A stretch of DNA of 64,000 bases from an uncultured Thermoleophilia bacterium (GTDB lineage: Bacteria; Actinomycetota; Thermoleophilia; Gaiellales; F1-60-MAGs149): positions 19,990-83,989 of the forward strand of contig CAWDBC010000013.1 in the NCBI GenBank assembly GCA_963800515.1. Direction: 5' to 3'. The notes under the pieces are model-generated. The model was not told where the DNA came from and did no database searches. It saw only the letters and a program-made list of their open reading frames with translations. The translations under genes were made by a program, and so were the position numbers. The number at the start of each line of letters is the position of its first letter. The first letter of the stretch is position 1. This document shows, piece by piece, positions 20,089-30,981 of the stretch.

Positions 20089-21463
20089 CTACGTGGCCGG
20101 CAGGGTGATCCGGACGAGTGCGCCGCCGCCGGGCGCGTTCTCGGCCGCCACGACGCCGCCGGCCGCCTCGACGGCCTGGCGGACGATCGCGAGGCCCAGG
20201 CCGGAGCCGGGCTTGGCGCGGGCGGAGGCGGCCCAGGTAGAAGCGCTCGAAGACGTGGGGGAGGTCCGTCTCCAGGAATCCGGACCCGTGGTCGCGCACC
20301 GTGAGGGTGCGGTCGCGAAGCCGGACCTCGACGCGGCCGCCCGGCGGCGACCAGGTGACGGCGTTGGCGAGGACGTTCGAGATCGCCCGCGCGATCCGCT
20401 CGGCGTCGACCGTGGCGACCGTCTCCTCCAGCTCGACGGCGAACGCGGGCGCGTCGGGGCGGCGCTCGAACCGGTCGACGAGGGCCCGGACGACGAGATC
20501 GACGCGCGTCTCGTCGATCTCCGCGGCCGGACGCGAGCCGCGGGCGAGCTCCACGACGTCGGCGACGAGGGCGGTCAGCTCGTCGAGCTCGGCGATGATG
20601 TCGGCGCGCAGCGCGTCGCGGTCCTCCGGCGGCAGGCGATCCGCCTGATCGAGGATCTGGACGTTCGCCCGCAGGCTCGCCAGCGGCGTCCGGAGCTCGT
20701 GGCTCGCGTCGGCGACGAGCTGGCGCTGGGACTCGACCGACCGCTCGAGGGCGCTCAGCGAGGCGTTGAAGCTGGCGGCGAGCCGCGCGAGCTCGTCGTC
20801 GCCGCTGACCTCCAGCCGGTGCGACAGGTCCGGATCCTCGACGATGGTCTCGGTCCGCGCCGTGAACCGCCGGATCGGCGCGAGCGCCGTCCGCGCGGCG
20901 AGGCCCCCGAGGAGGGCCGCCAGGAGGATCCCGCCGGCGCCCATCAGGGCCAGGGAGATCGAGAGCCGGTGCAGCGAGGAGTCGACCTCCGTCAGCGGAC
21001 GGGCGACCTGGACCGCCCCCCGGACCCCGGATCCGACGGTCAGGATCCGCAGGTGGACGCGCCGCGTGACGCCGCTCTGGACGACGTTGCCGTAGGCGTC
21101 CCGGAAGGACCGACCGGCGCCACTCGCGGCGATCGACCGGGTGCGCGCGTCGACCGGAAGGGGCTGCTCTCCGGGCGGCCTGGAGACGACCCCGGTCTTG
21201 GAGATGGTCTGGAACGACCCGGAGGCGCCCCCGAAGGGCAGGCCGGGCGGGGAGTCGCCGGGTGCTCGGCCGTCGCCGTCGGGGATGCCGTCGTTCCGGC
21301 GGTTGGACGTGTCCTGGTAGACGCGGGCGCGCTCGTTCAGCGCGCTGTCGACCTGACCGCGCAGCTCCGACCGCGTGGAGGCGTAGACGGCGATCGCCAG
21401 GATCACCGTGACGACGGCGACCGCGAGGCTCGCGGCGGCGGCGAAGCGGGCCCGGAGGGTCAT
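20089..21463 (-). CDS. mprB: HAMP-domain sensor histidine kinase, MprB-like (frameshift near 20235)
   Basis: Two TM segments, DELARLAASFN HAMP, VADASHELRTPL H-box, NVLANA, VRDHGSG. G2 box GSGLGLAIV continues in the shifted frame to TAG at 20089. Confidence 0.88.
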
Positions 21464-22134
21464 GGCTCGCGGAGGACGTACCCCACGCCGCGGACGGTGT
21501 GGAGGAGCTGGCGGGCGCCGGCCTCCGTCAGCTTGCGGCGGAGGTAGCCGATGTACACCCGCAGCCCGTTCGAGGCGGGGCCGAAGTCGTAGCCCCAGAC
21601 CCGGTCGTAGATGAGGCTCGGCGGCAGCACCCGGCGCGGGTTCATCATGAAGAGCTCGAGCAGCTGGTACTCCGTGCGCGTCAGTTCGACGAACTGCTCG
21701 TCGACGAAGACGCCGTGACGGGCGGCGTCGAGCGTCAGCTCCTCGAACCGCGCGGTCCCCGGATCGCCGTCGCCGGACGTGCGGCGGAGGAGGGCGCGGA
21801 GGCGGGCCTGCAGCTCCCCCACGTCGAACGGCTTGACGAGGTAGTCGTCGGCCCCGGCGTCGAGGCCGCCGATCCGCGCGTCGACCGCGTCGCGCGCTGT
21901 CAGGATCAGGATCGGCAGTCGGTTGCCCTCCCGGCGCAGGGTCCGGCAGACCTCGAGTCCGTCGAGGTTGGGCATCCCGATGTCGAGCACGAGCGCGTCC
22001 GGAACGTCGGTGGTCACGCGGGCGAGGGCGTCGTAGCCGTCCTCGGCGGTGTAGACCTCGTAGCCACCGAGCATCAGGGCGCGGCGGAGCGCGTCGCGCA
22101 CGGCCCGGTCGTCGTCGGCGACGAGGATTCTCAT
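21460..22134 (-). CDS. mprA: OmpR-family response regulator, MprA-like
   Basis: MRILVADDD, LDIGMP, GADDYLVKPF, VWGYDFG...VYIGYLRRKL, HTVRGVGYVLREP. Confidence 0.92.
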   Translation of the reverse strand: MRILVADDDRAVRDALRRALMLGGYEVYTAEDGYDALARVTTDVPDALVLDIGMPNLDGLEVCRTLRREGNRLPILILTARDAVDARIGGLDAGADDYLVKPFDVGELQARLRALLRRTSGDGDPGTARFEELTLDAARHGVFVDEQFVELTRTEYQLLELFMMNPRRVLPPSLIYDRVWGYDFGPASNGLRVYIGYLRRKLTEAGARQLLHTVRGVGYVLREP

Positions 22135-22372
22135 GCCGGGGATTCTGCGCGGGCGATGACGGCCGCGCGACCGGAGCAGTCGTCGTGCCCGCTCACGGAG
22201 CCCGAGACGGCCGTGCAGGCCGTCATGAACGGCCGCGCCCCGCCGTTCGTCCAGATGCCGGAGGGGCCGCGGGATCGTTCCCGCGCCGGCTCGAGCGACG
22301 GACGGGCCGGGTCGGGGACCGCGTGCATGACCTCACCATCCCCGACGCGCGTCGGCGCGGCGTGAGGGGCGG

Positions 22373-22389
22373 CTAAGACCGCCGTAAGA
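22373..22389 (-). promoter_or_regulatory. OmpR/MprA-type direct-repeat box
   Basis: Minus strand TCTTAC-N5-TCTTAG, resembling the mycobacterial MprA box TCTCAG-N5-TCTCAG, upstream of the response regulator. Confidence 0.5.
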
Positions 22390-22443
22390 GGGCGCGGCCG
22401 GGCGCAGGAGGGGAGGCGGCTCGACGACCGACCGCATGCTAAA

Positions 22444-22465
22444 CTGACGTTGACGTGAACGTCAG
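22444..22465. promoter_or_regulatory. MerR-type dyad operator
   Basis: CTGACGTT-GACGTG-AACGTCAG, overlapping a TAAACT -10 and the merR start codon. Confidence 0.7.
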
Positions 22466-22962
22466 AATCTCTCCTCCGCCCCTCGCCGAGCCCTCGGCCG
22501 ACGCCGGCCAGCAGTTCCGGATCGGCGAGTTCGCCCGACGGGCGGGCGCGACGCCCCGCCTCGTCCGGTACTACGAGGAGCTCGGCCTGCTCCCGGACGG
22601 CGGTCGCGCCGACGGCGAGCACCGCCTCTACGACGACGCGGCGGTCGAGCGCCTGCGCGAGCTCCTGCACGTGCGAGAGCTCCTCGGCCTGTCCCTCACG
22701 GAGCTCCGGGACTGGACCGAGGCCGAGCGCGCGCGGCGGGCGATCCGCGAGCGCTGGCGGTCCGGCGGCAGCGACTCCCCGGAGCGCGCGCGGCTGCTCG
22801 CCGACGCCACGGTCCACCTGGACCGGCAGCTCGCGCTCGTGCGGAGCCGCGCCGCGGCCCTCGAGCGCCTCGAGGCCGAGCTCGTGGAGCGTCGCGACGC
22901 GCGTCGCCGTCCTCGCCACCGCCACCGACGACACCGACCAGACGGATCCCGAAGCCCGATGA
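22455..22962 (+). CDS. MerR-family transcriptional regulator (slip near 22900)
   Basis: FRIGEFARRAGATPRLVRYYEELGLL...GEHRLY...LGLSLTEL. The shifted frame ends in ATGA overlapping the MFS start. Confidence 0.88.
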
Positions 22963-24725
22963 CCTCACCCGACCGCTACAAGTGGATCGCCCTCTCGAAC
23001 ACGACCATCGGCATGCTGATGGCGACCATCAACTCGTCGATCGTGCTGATCGCCCTGCCGGACATCTTCCGCGGGATCCACCTGAACCCGCTGGCAGCCG
23101 GGCAACGCCAGCTACCTGCTGTGGATGATGATGGGCTTCATGGTCGTCGACCGCCGTGCTGGTGGTCAGCTTCGGGCGGATCGGCGACATGTACGGCCGG
23201 GTGCGGATGTTCAACCTCGGCTTCGCGGTCTTCACGCTCTGCTCCGTGCTGCTCTCGATCACGTGGATGCAGGGCTCCCACGGCGCGCTCGTGGCTGATC
23301 GCGATGGCGGATCGGCCAGGGCGTCGGCGGCGCGCTCCTGATGGCGCAACTCGATCGGCGATCCTGACCGACGCCTTCCCCCACGACGAGCGCGGGCTGG
23401 CGCTCGGGCATCAACGCCGTGGCCGCGATCGCCGGCTCCTTCATCGGGCCTGGTGCTGGGCGGCGTCCTCGGCGCCGGTCTCGTGGCGCCTCGTGTTCCT
23501 CGTCTCCGTGCCGGTCGGCCTGCTCGGCACCGCCTGGTCGTACTGGAAGCTCGAGGAGCGCGGCGAGCGGCGCCCGGCCAGGATCGACTGGTGGGGCAAC
23601 CTCACCTTCGCCGCCGGGCTGGTCCTGGTGCTGGTGTCGATCACCGACGGCATCCAGCCCTACGGCGGCCACACGATGGGCTGGACGAACCCGAAGGTGC
23701 TCGCCGAGCTGGTCGATCGGGCTGGCCCTCCTGGTCGGCTGTTCGCCGTCGTCGAGCTGCGGGTCCCCGATCCGATGTTCCGGCTCGGCCTGTTCCGCAT
23801 CCGGGCCTTCACCGCCGGCTGCATCGCGAGCCTCCTCGCGTCACTGGGTCGCGGCGGCCTGATGTTCATGCTGATCATCTGGCTGCAGGGGATCTGGCTG
23901 CCGCTGCACGGCTACAGCTTCGTCGACACGCCGCTCTGGGCCGGCATCTACATGCTGCCGCTGACCGTCGGCTTCCTGGTCGCCGGGCCGCGCGTCGGGC
24001 TACCTGTCCGACCGCTTCGGCGCACGCCCGTTCGCCACCGGCGGCATGCTCATCGCGGCCGGCGCTTCGTTCCTGCGCTCGAGCTGCTGCCGGTGGACTT
24101 CCGCTACGTCTGGTTCGCGGCCCTCCTGCTGCTCATCGGCCTGGCGATGGGCCTCTTCGCCTCGCCGAACCAGACGGGCATCATGAACAGCCTGCCGCCC
24201 AACCGCCGCGGCGTCGGCGCGGGCATGGCGGCCACGTTCCAGAACTCGGCGATGGTGCTCTCGATCGGGATCTTCTTCTCGCTGATGATCGTCGGCCTGG
24301 CGGCGCACGCTGCCGGGCGCACATGTACAGCGGCCTGACCGCGCAGGGCGTGCCGGACGCCGACGCGACGCGCATCTCGCACCTGCCGCCGGTGGGCGCT
24401 GCTGTTCGCGTCGTTCCTGGGCTACAACCCGATCAAGGAGCTGCTGGGGCCGCACGTGCTGCACCACCTCGCGGCCCAGCACGCGGCCAACCTGACCGGC
24501 CGCAGCTTCTTCCCGAAGCTCATCTCCAAGCCGTTCCAGCACGGCCTGCACGCGGCCTTCGACTTCGCGATCGTCGCCTGCCTGATCGCCGCGGCGGCCT
24601 CGTGGCTGCGCGGCGGCCACTACGTCCACGACCTCCACGCCGAGGATGCGACCGCGGTCGAGTCGATGGAGGGCGAGACCGCGCTCGACGTCGCGCCGGC
24701 CGAGCGGGTGCCGATCGGCCGCTGA
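22959..24725 (+). CDS. MFS efflux transporter, DHA2 (14-TM) type (frameshifted)
   Basis: LMATINSSIVLIALP, GRIGDMYGR motif A, DPMFRLGLFR, FASPNQTGIMNSLP. Confidence 0.88.
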
Positions 24726-24768
24726 CCTCCGGCCGCTGACCGGGATGCGGTCGGGGCCGAGCGGCCGG

Positions 24769-25556
24769 TCAGGCCTGACGGGCCCCAGCGACGCGCCATA
24801 GTCCCTGCTCCGTCTCGCGGGCCGTCAGGCGGCGCATCACGGCCCAACCAGCGGCGGCGACGCCGACGCCGACCACGACGTCGAGCAGGTAGTGGTTGCC
24901 GGTGGCGATGACGGCCCACGTCATCAGGACCGGGTGGAGCCAGAGGAGCCACCCGAACCGGTGGCGCCGGAGCGCCCGGACGAGGGCGACCGCGACGAGG
25001 AGCGTCCAGCCGACGTGCATGCTCGGCATCGCGGCGTACGGGTTGAACCGGATCCCGTGCGCCGAGCCGGCGTCGTGACCTCGCATCCCGACGACGTCGA
25101 CCATCCCGAGCTGCGGCACGAGCCGGGGCGGGGCGGTCGGGTAGACGGCGAAGACGACGGCCGCCAGGGCGAGCGACGCCATCATCGCGGTCCGGAGCTC
25201 CAGGTAGAGCGCGCGATCGGCGATCGCGAGCGCCACCCCGACGACGACGGCGGCGGGAAGGAAGGCGAGCTCGTAGTACTCCCCCAGGACGTCGAGCACG
25301 GCGTCGGCCGTGTGCGCCTGGACGAGGCGCTCGAGGTCGAGGCTCCAGAGCCGCCCCTCGAGGTCGTGGATGGCCGTCCCGTGGCGGTGGGCCGCGGCGG
25401 TCCCGCTCAGCGTCAGCCCTCGCACGACGAGGTAGCCGAGTAGAAGAGGATCCAGAGGCCGGCCTCCGCGACGAGGAAGCGCAGGAATCCGTCGCGTCCC
25501 TCCGCGAGGATCGAGCGGGCTCGACGCGACGCGCGGACGGCGGAGCCGGAGACCAT
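24769..25556 (-). CDS. PAP2-superfamily membrane phosphotransferase (IPC-synthase/AUR1-like; frameshift near 25440)
   Basis: YPTAPPRL, NPYAAMPSMHVGW and ATGNHYLLDV catalytic motifs. Confidence 0.85.
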
Positions 25557-25627
25557 TCTCCAGGGTGATAACCGGATGCGCGGTGCGGAAACCGGCCGCG
25601 TCGCCCGCGGCCGTGGGCGTCTACCGT

Positions 25628-27848
25628 ATGGGCGGTGGACGACGGCGACATTCCGTCGGGCGAGCGCCCGGCGGGGGCGAGAGCCCCGATGCGGGCGCGA
25701 GCGGCCGCGTGGCGGGTGCCGCGGCGGACGCCGCGGATCGGCTCGATGCGGCGTCGGGCGGCGAGGACGCGACCCCTCCCGGGGAGGTCGTGGCCGGTGG
25801 AGCGACGGAGTCCGCCGGGATCGAGGAGCTCCCGCGCACGACGGCGGCCGCCGAGGTGCTCGAGCGGGAGGCCGAGAGCAACCGCGAGCTCCCCCAGGTC
25901 GATCCCGAGACGGAGGCGAGCGCCGGGCAGACGGCGCGGGCGGCGGCCGACCACGGCGGCCCGGCCGCCCACTCGACCCACGTCAAGAGCGGCGCGGCCG
26001 CGTTGACGCTCGGCGCCCTCGGCGTCGTCTTCGGCGACATCGGCACGAGCCCGCTCTACGCGCTGAAGGAGTGCGTTCGACGGACCCGGCGTCGCGCCGC
26101 GCACGACAACGTGCTCGGCGTCCTCTCGCTGATCTTCTGGGCGCTCATGATCGTCGTCACGTTCAAGTACGTCGCTTCGATCATGCGGCGCCGACAACGA
26201 CGGCGAGGGCGGGATCCTCGCGCTGCTCGCGCTCGTGCTGCGGGCGCGCCCGCGCGCCGAAGAGCGTGCAAGTTCGGCCTGGTCGCCCTCGGCATCTTCG
26301 GCGCCGCCCTCTTCTACGGCGACGGGATGATCACCCCGGCGATCTCGGTGCTCTCCGCGGTGGAGGGGCTCGAAGGTGGCGGCGCCGTCGCTCGAGCACC
26401 TTCGTGCTCCCGATCGCGATCGCCATCCTCGCCATCCTCTTCATCGCCCAGCGCTGCGGCACCGGCGGCCGTGGGCGCGGCTCTTCGGTCCCGTGATGGC
26501 GCTCTGGTTCCTCTCGATCGCCGGCCTCGGCCTCCGCGAGATCGTCAAGGAGCCGAGCATCGTCCGCATCCTCTCGCCGTCGTACGCGGATCGAGTTCAT
26601 CGCCCGCCAGCCGGGCACCGCCTTCATCGCCCTCGGCTCGGTCGTCCTCGCCGTCACCGGTGCCGAGGCGCTCTACGCGGACATGGGCCACTTCGGCCGC
26701 GCGGCCGATCCGCGCGCCTGGTTCGTGCTCGTGCTGCCCGGCGCTGGTGCTCAAGTACTTCGGCCAGGGCGCGCTGGTGCTGCGCGACCCCGCCGCGGTC
26801 GCGAACCCGTTCTTCGCGCTGGTCCCGCGGGCGCTGCCTGATCCCGATGGTCGTCCTCGCGACGTGCGGCGACGGTGATCGCGTCGCAGGCGCTGATCTC
26901 GGGGGCCTTCTCCTGACGCACCAGGCCGTGCAGCTCGGGTTCCTGCCGCGCCTCCGATCGTGCACACGTCGGCGCGCCAGAGGGCCAGGTCTACGTGCCC
27001 GTCGTCAACTGGGGCTCTTCGCGGCCGTCCTCGCCCTCGTCCTCGGCTTCCGCTCGTCGTCGAACCTCGCCTCCGCGTACGGGATCGCGGTGACGGGGAC
27101 GATCGCGATCACATCGATCCTCTTCTTCGTCGTCGCCCACCTCCTCTTCCGGCGGCCGGTCTGGGTCGCCGTTTCCGGCGCCGTCGTGCTGCTCGTGGTC
27201 GACCTCGGCTTCTTCAGCGCCAACATCCCGAAGATCGCCCACGGCGGCTGGTTCCCGCTGGCGATCGCGACGATCGTGTTCACGACGCTGATGACCTGGC
27301 GCGCCGGGCGGATCCTCCTGCGCGACCGCATGATCGTGGACGAGGTCCCGATCTCCGAGTTCCTCGCCGACGTCGAGCGCCGGCAACTGGCGCGGGTGCC
27401 GGGGACGGCCGTCTTCCTGACGGCGACCGGGCCCGACGCCCCGCGCTCGCTGATCCAGAACGTCGAGCACAACCACGTCCTCCACGAGCGCGTCGTCCTC
27501 TTCACGATCAAGGTCGAGGGCCGTCCATCCGTTCCTGACGAGGAGCGCCTGCGCGTGACCGACCTCGCGCCCGGCGTCCTCCGGATCGAGGGCCACTACG
27601 GATTCCAGGACGTGTCCGACATCCCGGCGACGCTGCGGCTCGCCCAGGACGAGGGCGTCGACATCGACGCCGAGCACGCGTCCTACTTCATCAACCGGGT
27701 CTCGCTGACGACGGGCCGCGGCTCCGGCCTCGCCCGGTGGCGCAAGCGCCTCTTCCGCCTCCTCAACCTCAACGCGCGGGACGCGGCCGAGTACTTCCAG
27801 CTGCCGGCCGACCAGGTCGTGGAGATGGGCTCGCGCGTCGAGCTCTGA
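25628..27848 (+). CDS. kup: KUP/HAK/KT potassium uptake protein (frameshifted; start uncertain)
   Basis: [69 protein letters not shown]. Confidence 0.93.
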
Positions 27849-27894
27849 GGATGAGCGGACGACCTCGGAGGACGGCCGTCCCGAGGCCGGTGGC

Positions 27895-29058
<1,164 letters not shown>

Positions 29059-29262
29059 CACGAACTCCCTGAAGGATGCGAACACGCGCAGGTCCGGCGC
29101 AGACGGGAACCACTCCGACCATACAGACCCCCTTGTCACCCCTCCGGGGGGTGCCGGGTCGGCCCGTGACGCCGCGGACGCGGGCTATCCGACGTCCGGC
29201 GCGTTCGCGGGCCCTCGGGCGCCGACGCTGGAGGCGGCGGAAATGCGGAACCCCCCGACGCC

Positions 29263-29291
29263 TTGACATCGTGGACTTAAAGATATATCGT
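29263..29291 (+). promoter_or_regulatory. Sigma-70-type promoter of padR with overlapping GATATATC dyad
   Basis: TTGACA-N17-TATCGT. Palindrome GATATATC at 29282-29289 is a plausible PadR autoregulatory site. AAAGGAA RBS precedes ATG 29325. Confidence 0.7.
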
Positions 29292-29324
29292 TGAGACGTC
29301 TTGATAGTCAACGAAAGGAACAAG

Positions 29325-29894
29325 ATGCATTCGCCAACGCGAACACACCGGTGCGGTCGCCATCCCGAGGGGCACCGCCGTCACGGTGGCTTCGGGCCCG
29401 GCTTCGAGGCCGGCTTCGGACCCGGCGGGCGCGGCTTCGGCCCGCGGCGCGGCCGCCGACCCCGCGGCGACGTCCGGGGCGCTGTCCTGCTCCTCCTCGC
29501 GGAGGAGCCCCGCAACGGCTACTCCATCATGCAGGAGATCGAGCAGCGCTCCGCCGGCGCCTGGCGGCCGAGCCCCGGCTCGGTCTACCCGCTCCTGCAG
29601 CAGCTCGAGGAGGCGGGGCTCGTCCGCTCCGTCGACCGGGACGGGCGCAGGCTGATCGAGCTGACCGACGAGGGCAAGGAGACGGTCGAGCGGGAGCGCG
29701 AGGCGCTCGGCGAGCCCTGGAAGCTCGCCGACGACGGCCCCTGGGCGCAGGTCCAGGAGGCGCGCTCCGCCTCGATGGGCGTCCTGCAGGCGGCGAGCGC
29801 CGTCTTCGGCCAGGGCGACGAGGCCCAGAAGGCCCGCGCGCTGGAGCTCCTCACCGAGACGCGGCGCGCCCTCTACGGCATCCTCGCCGGCTGA
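29325..29894 (+). CDS. PadR-family transcriptional regulator with Gly-rich N-terminus
   Basis: RGDVRGAVLLLLAEEPRNGYSIMQEI...WRPSPGSVYPLLQQL...LTDEG; RRALYGILA. Confidence 0.92.
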   Translation: MHSPTRTHRCGRHPEGHRRHGGFGPGFEAGFGPGGRGFGPRRGRRPRGDVRGAVLLLLAEEPRNGYSIMQEIEQRSAGAWRPSPGSVYPLLQQLEEAGLVRSVDRDGRRLIELTDEGKETVEREREALGEPWKLADDGPWAQVQEARSASMGVLQAASAVFGQGDEAQKARALELLTETRRALYGILAG

Positions 29895-29908
29895 GGGATC
29901 CGTCCACC

Positions 29909-29941
29909 GGGCCCGGCTCGCCCTCTGGTCGAGCCGGGCCC
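29909..29941. terminator. 12-bp GC hairpin between convergent padR and corA
   Basis: GGGCCCGGCTCG-N9-CGAGCCGGGCCC; no U-tract. Confidence 0.55.
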
Positions 29942-29949
29942 CGCGGCGC

Positions 29950-30972
29950 TCAGACCCAGCGTCGGAGCCGGAAGAAGACGAGGATCCCGATCGCCGTCAG
30001 GACCTGGATCGCGACCCCGACGACGAACGCCTCCCGGCCGCCGATCAGGTGATCGGTGAGGTACGAGAAGTTCTGGCCGAAGAACCCGGTCAGGTAGCTG
30101 ATGGGCAGGAACACCGTGGCGATCACGGTCAGCTGCTTCATCACCTGGTCGCGCCGGTTCCCGACCGTCGCGAGGTAGAGGTCCGCGGTCGAGGCGAGCA
30201 GGTCGCGATACGTGTCGACGAGATCGCCGAGGCGGATCAGGTGGTCGTAGACGTCGCGGAAGTACCGGGTCGTCTCCTCGGTGACGCCGGGGAGGGTCTC
30301 GACACCGGAGACGATCGCCGCGAAGAGGTCGCGTTGCGGGGAGATCACCTTGCGCAGGTGGACCAGGTCCCGCCGGATCTCGAAGACCCGGGCGAGCTGC
30401 TCGCTCGACGGCGACTCGAGGATCGCCGCCGAGATCTCGTCGATCGTGTCGTCGATCTCGCCGAGGGCCGGGAAGAAGCTGTCGACGAGGCTGTCGGAGA
30501 TCCGGTAGAGCAGCATCCCGTCCGCCAGGTCGACGTCGCCCCGCCGGTGCGCCCGGTCGATCAGGCGGTCGAACGCCGGGCACCCGTCGTGGCGCACCGT
30601 CACGACGTAGTGCGGAGCGGTGAAGACGTGCACCTCCACGAGCCCGTCCTCGTCCGGCGAGGAGCCGTAGAGGACGAGGAACGAGTATCCCGGATAGTCC
30701 TCGAGCTTCGGCCGCTGGTCGAACACGGACGTGTCCTCGAGCGCCAGGGGGTGGAACCCGAAGGTCTCGCCGAGCCGCCGGATGTCCTCCTCGGACGGGC
30801 GGAGCACGTCCAGCCAGAAGTAGGAGCCCGTGGCGAGGCGCTCCTGGACCGCCGCGGCACCGTCCGACGTCGTCACGGCGCCGTGCCCGTCGACCAGCGC
30901 CCAGACGACGCCGGTGGCGTCCGCGTCGACGTGCTGAGCGGTCGCCGTCCGCGGAGGATCGGACTCGATCAT
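29950..30972 (-). CDS. corA: CorA-family Mg/Co transporter
   Basis: GFHPLALED...QRPKLEDY, YFRDVYDHL, MKQLTVIATVFLP, GFFGQNF (GMN variant). Confidence 0.92.
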   Translation of the reverse strand: MIESDPPRTATAQHVDADATGVVWALVDGHGAVTTSDGAAAVQERLATGSYFWLDVLRPSEEDIRRLGETFGFHPLALEDTSVFDQRPKLEDYPGYSFLVLYGSSPDEDGLVEVHVFTAPHYVVTVRHDGCPAFDRLIDRAHRRGDVDLADGMLLYRISDSLVDSFFPALGEIDDTIDEISAAILESPSSEQLARVFEIRRDLVHLRKVISPQRDLFAAIVSGVETLPGVTEETTRYFRDVYDHLIRLGDLVDTYRDLLASTADLYLATVGNRRDQVMKQLTVIATVFLPISYLTGFFGQNFSYLTDHLIGGREAFVVGVAIQVLTAIGILVFFRLRRWV

Positions 30973-30981
30973 CTCCGCATC

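Noticed and set aside
22455-24338. MerR-MFS fusion protein
   Set aside because: A one-base slip near 22900 restores a MerR stop in an ATGA overlap with the MFS start.
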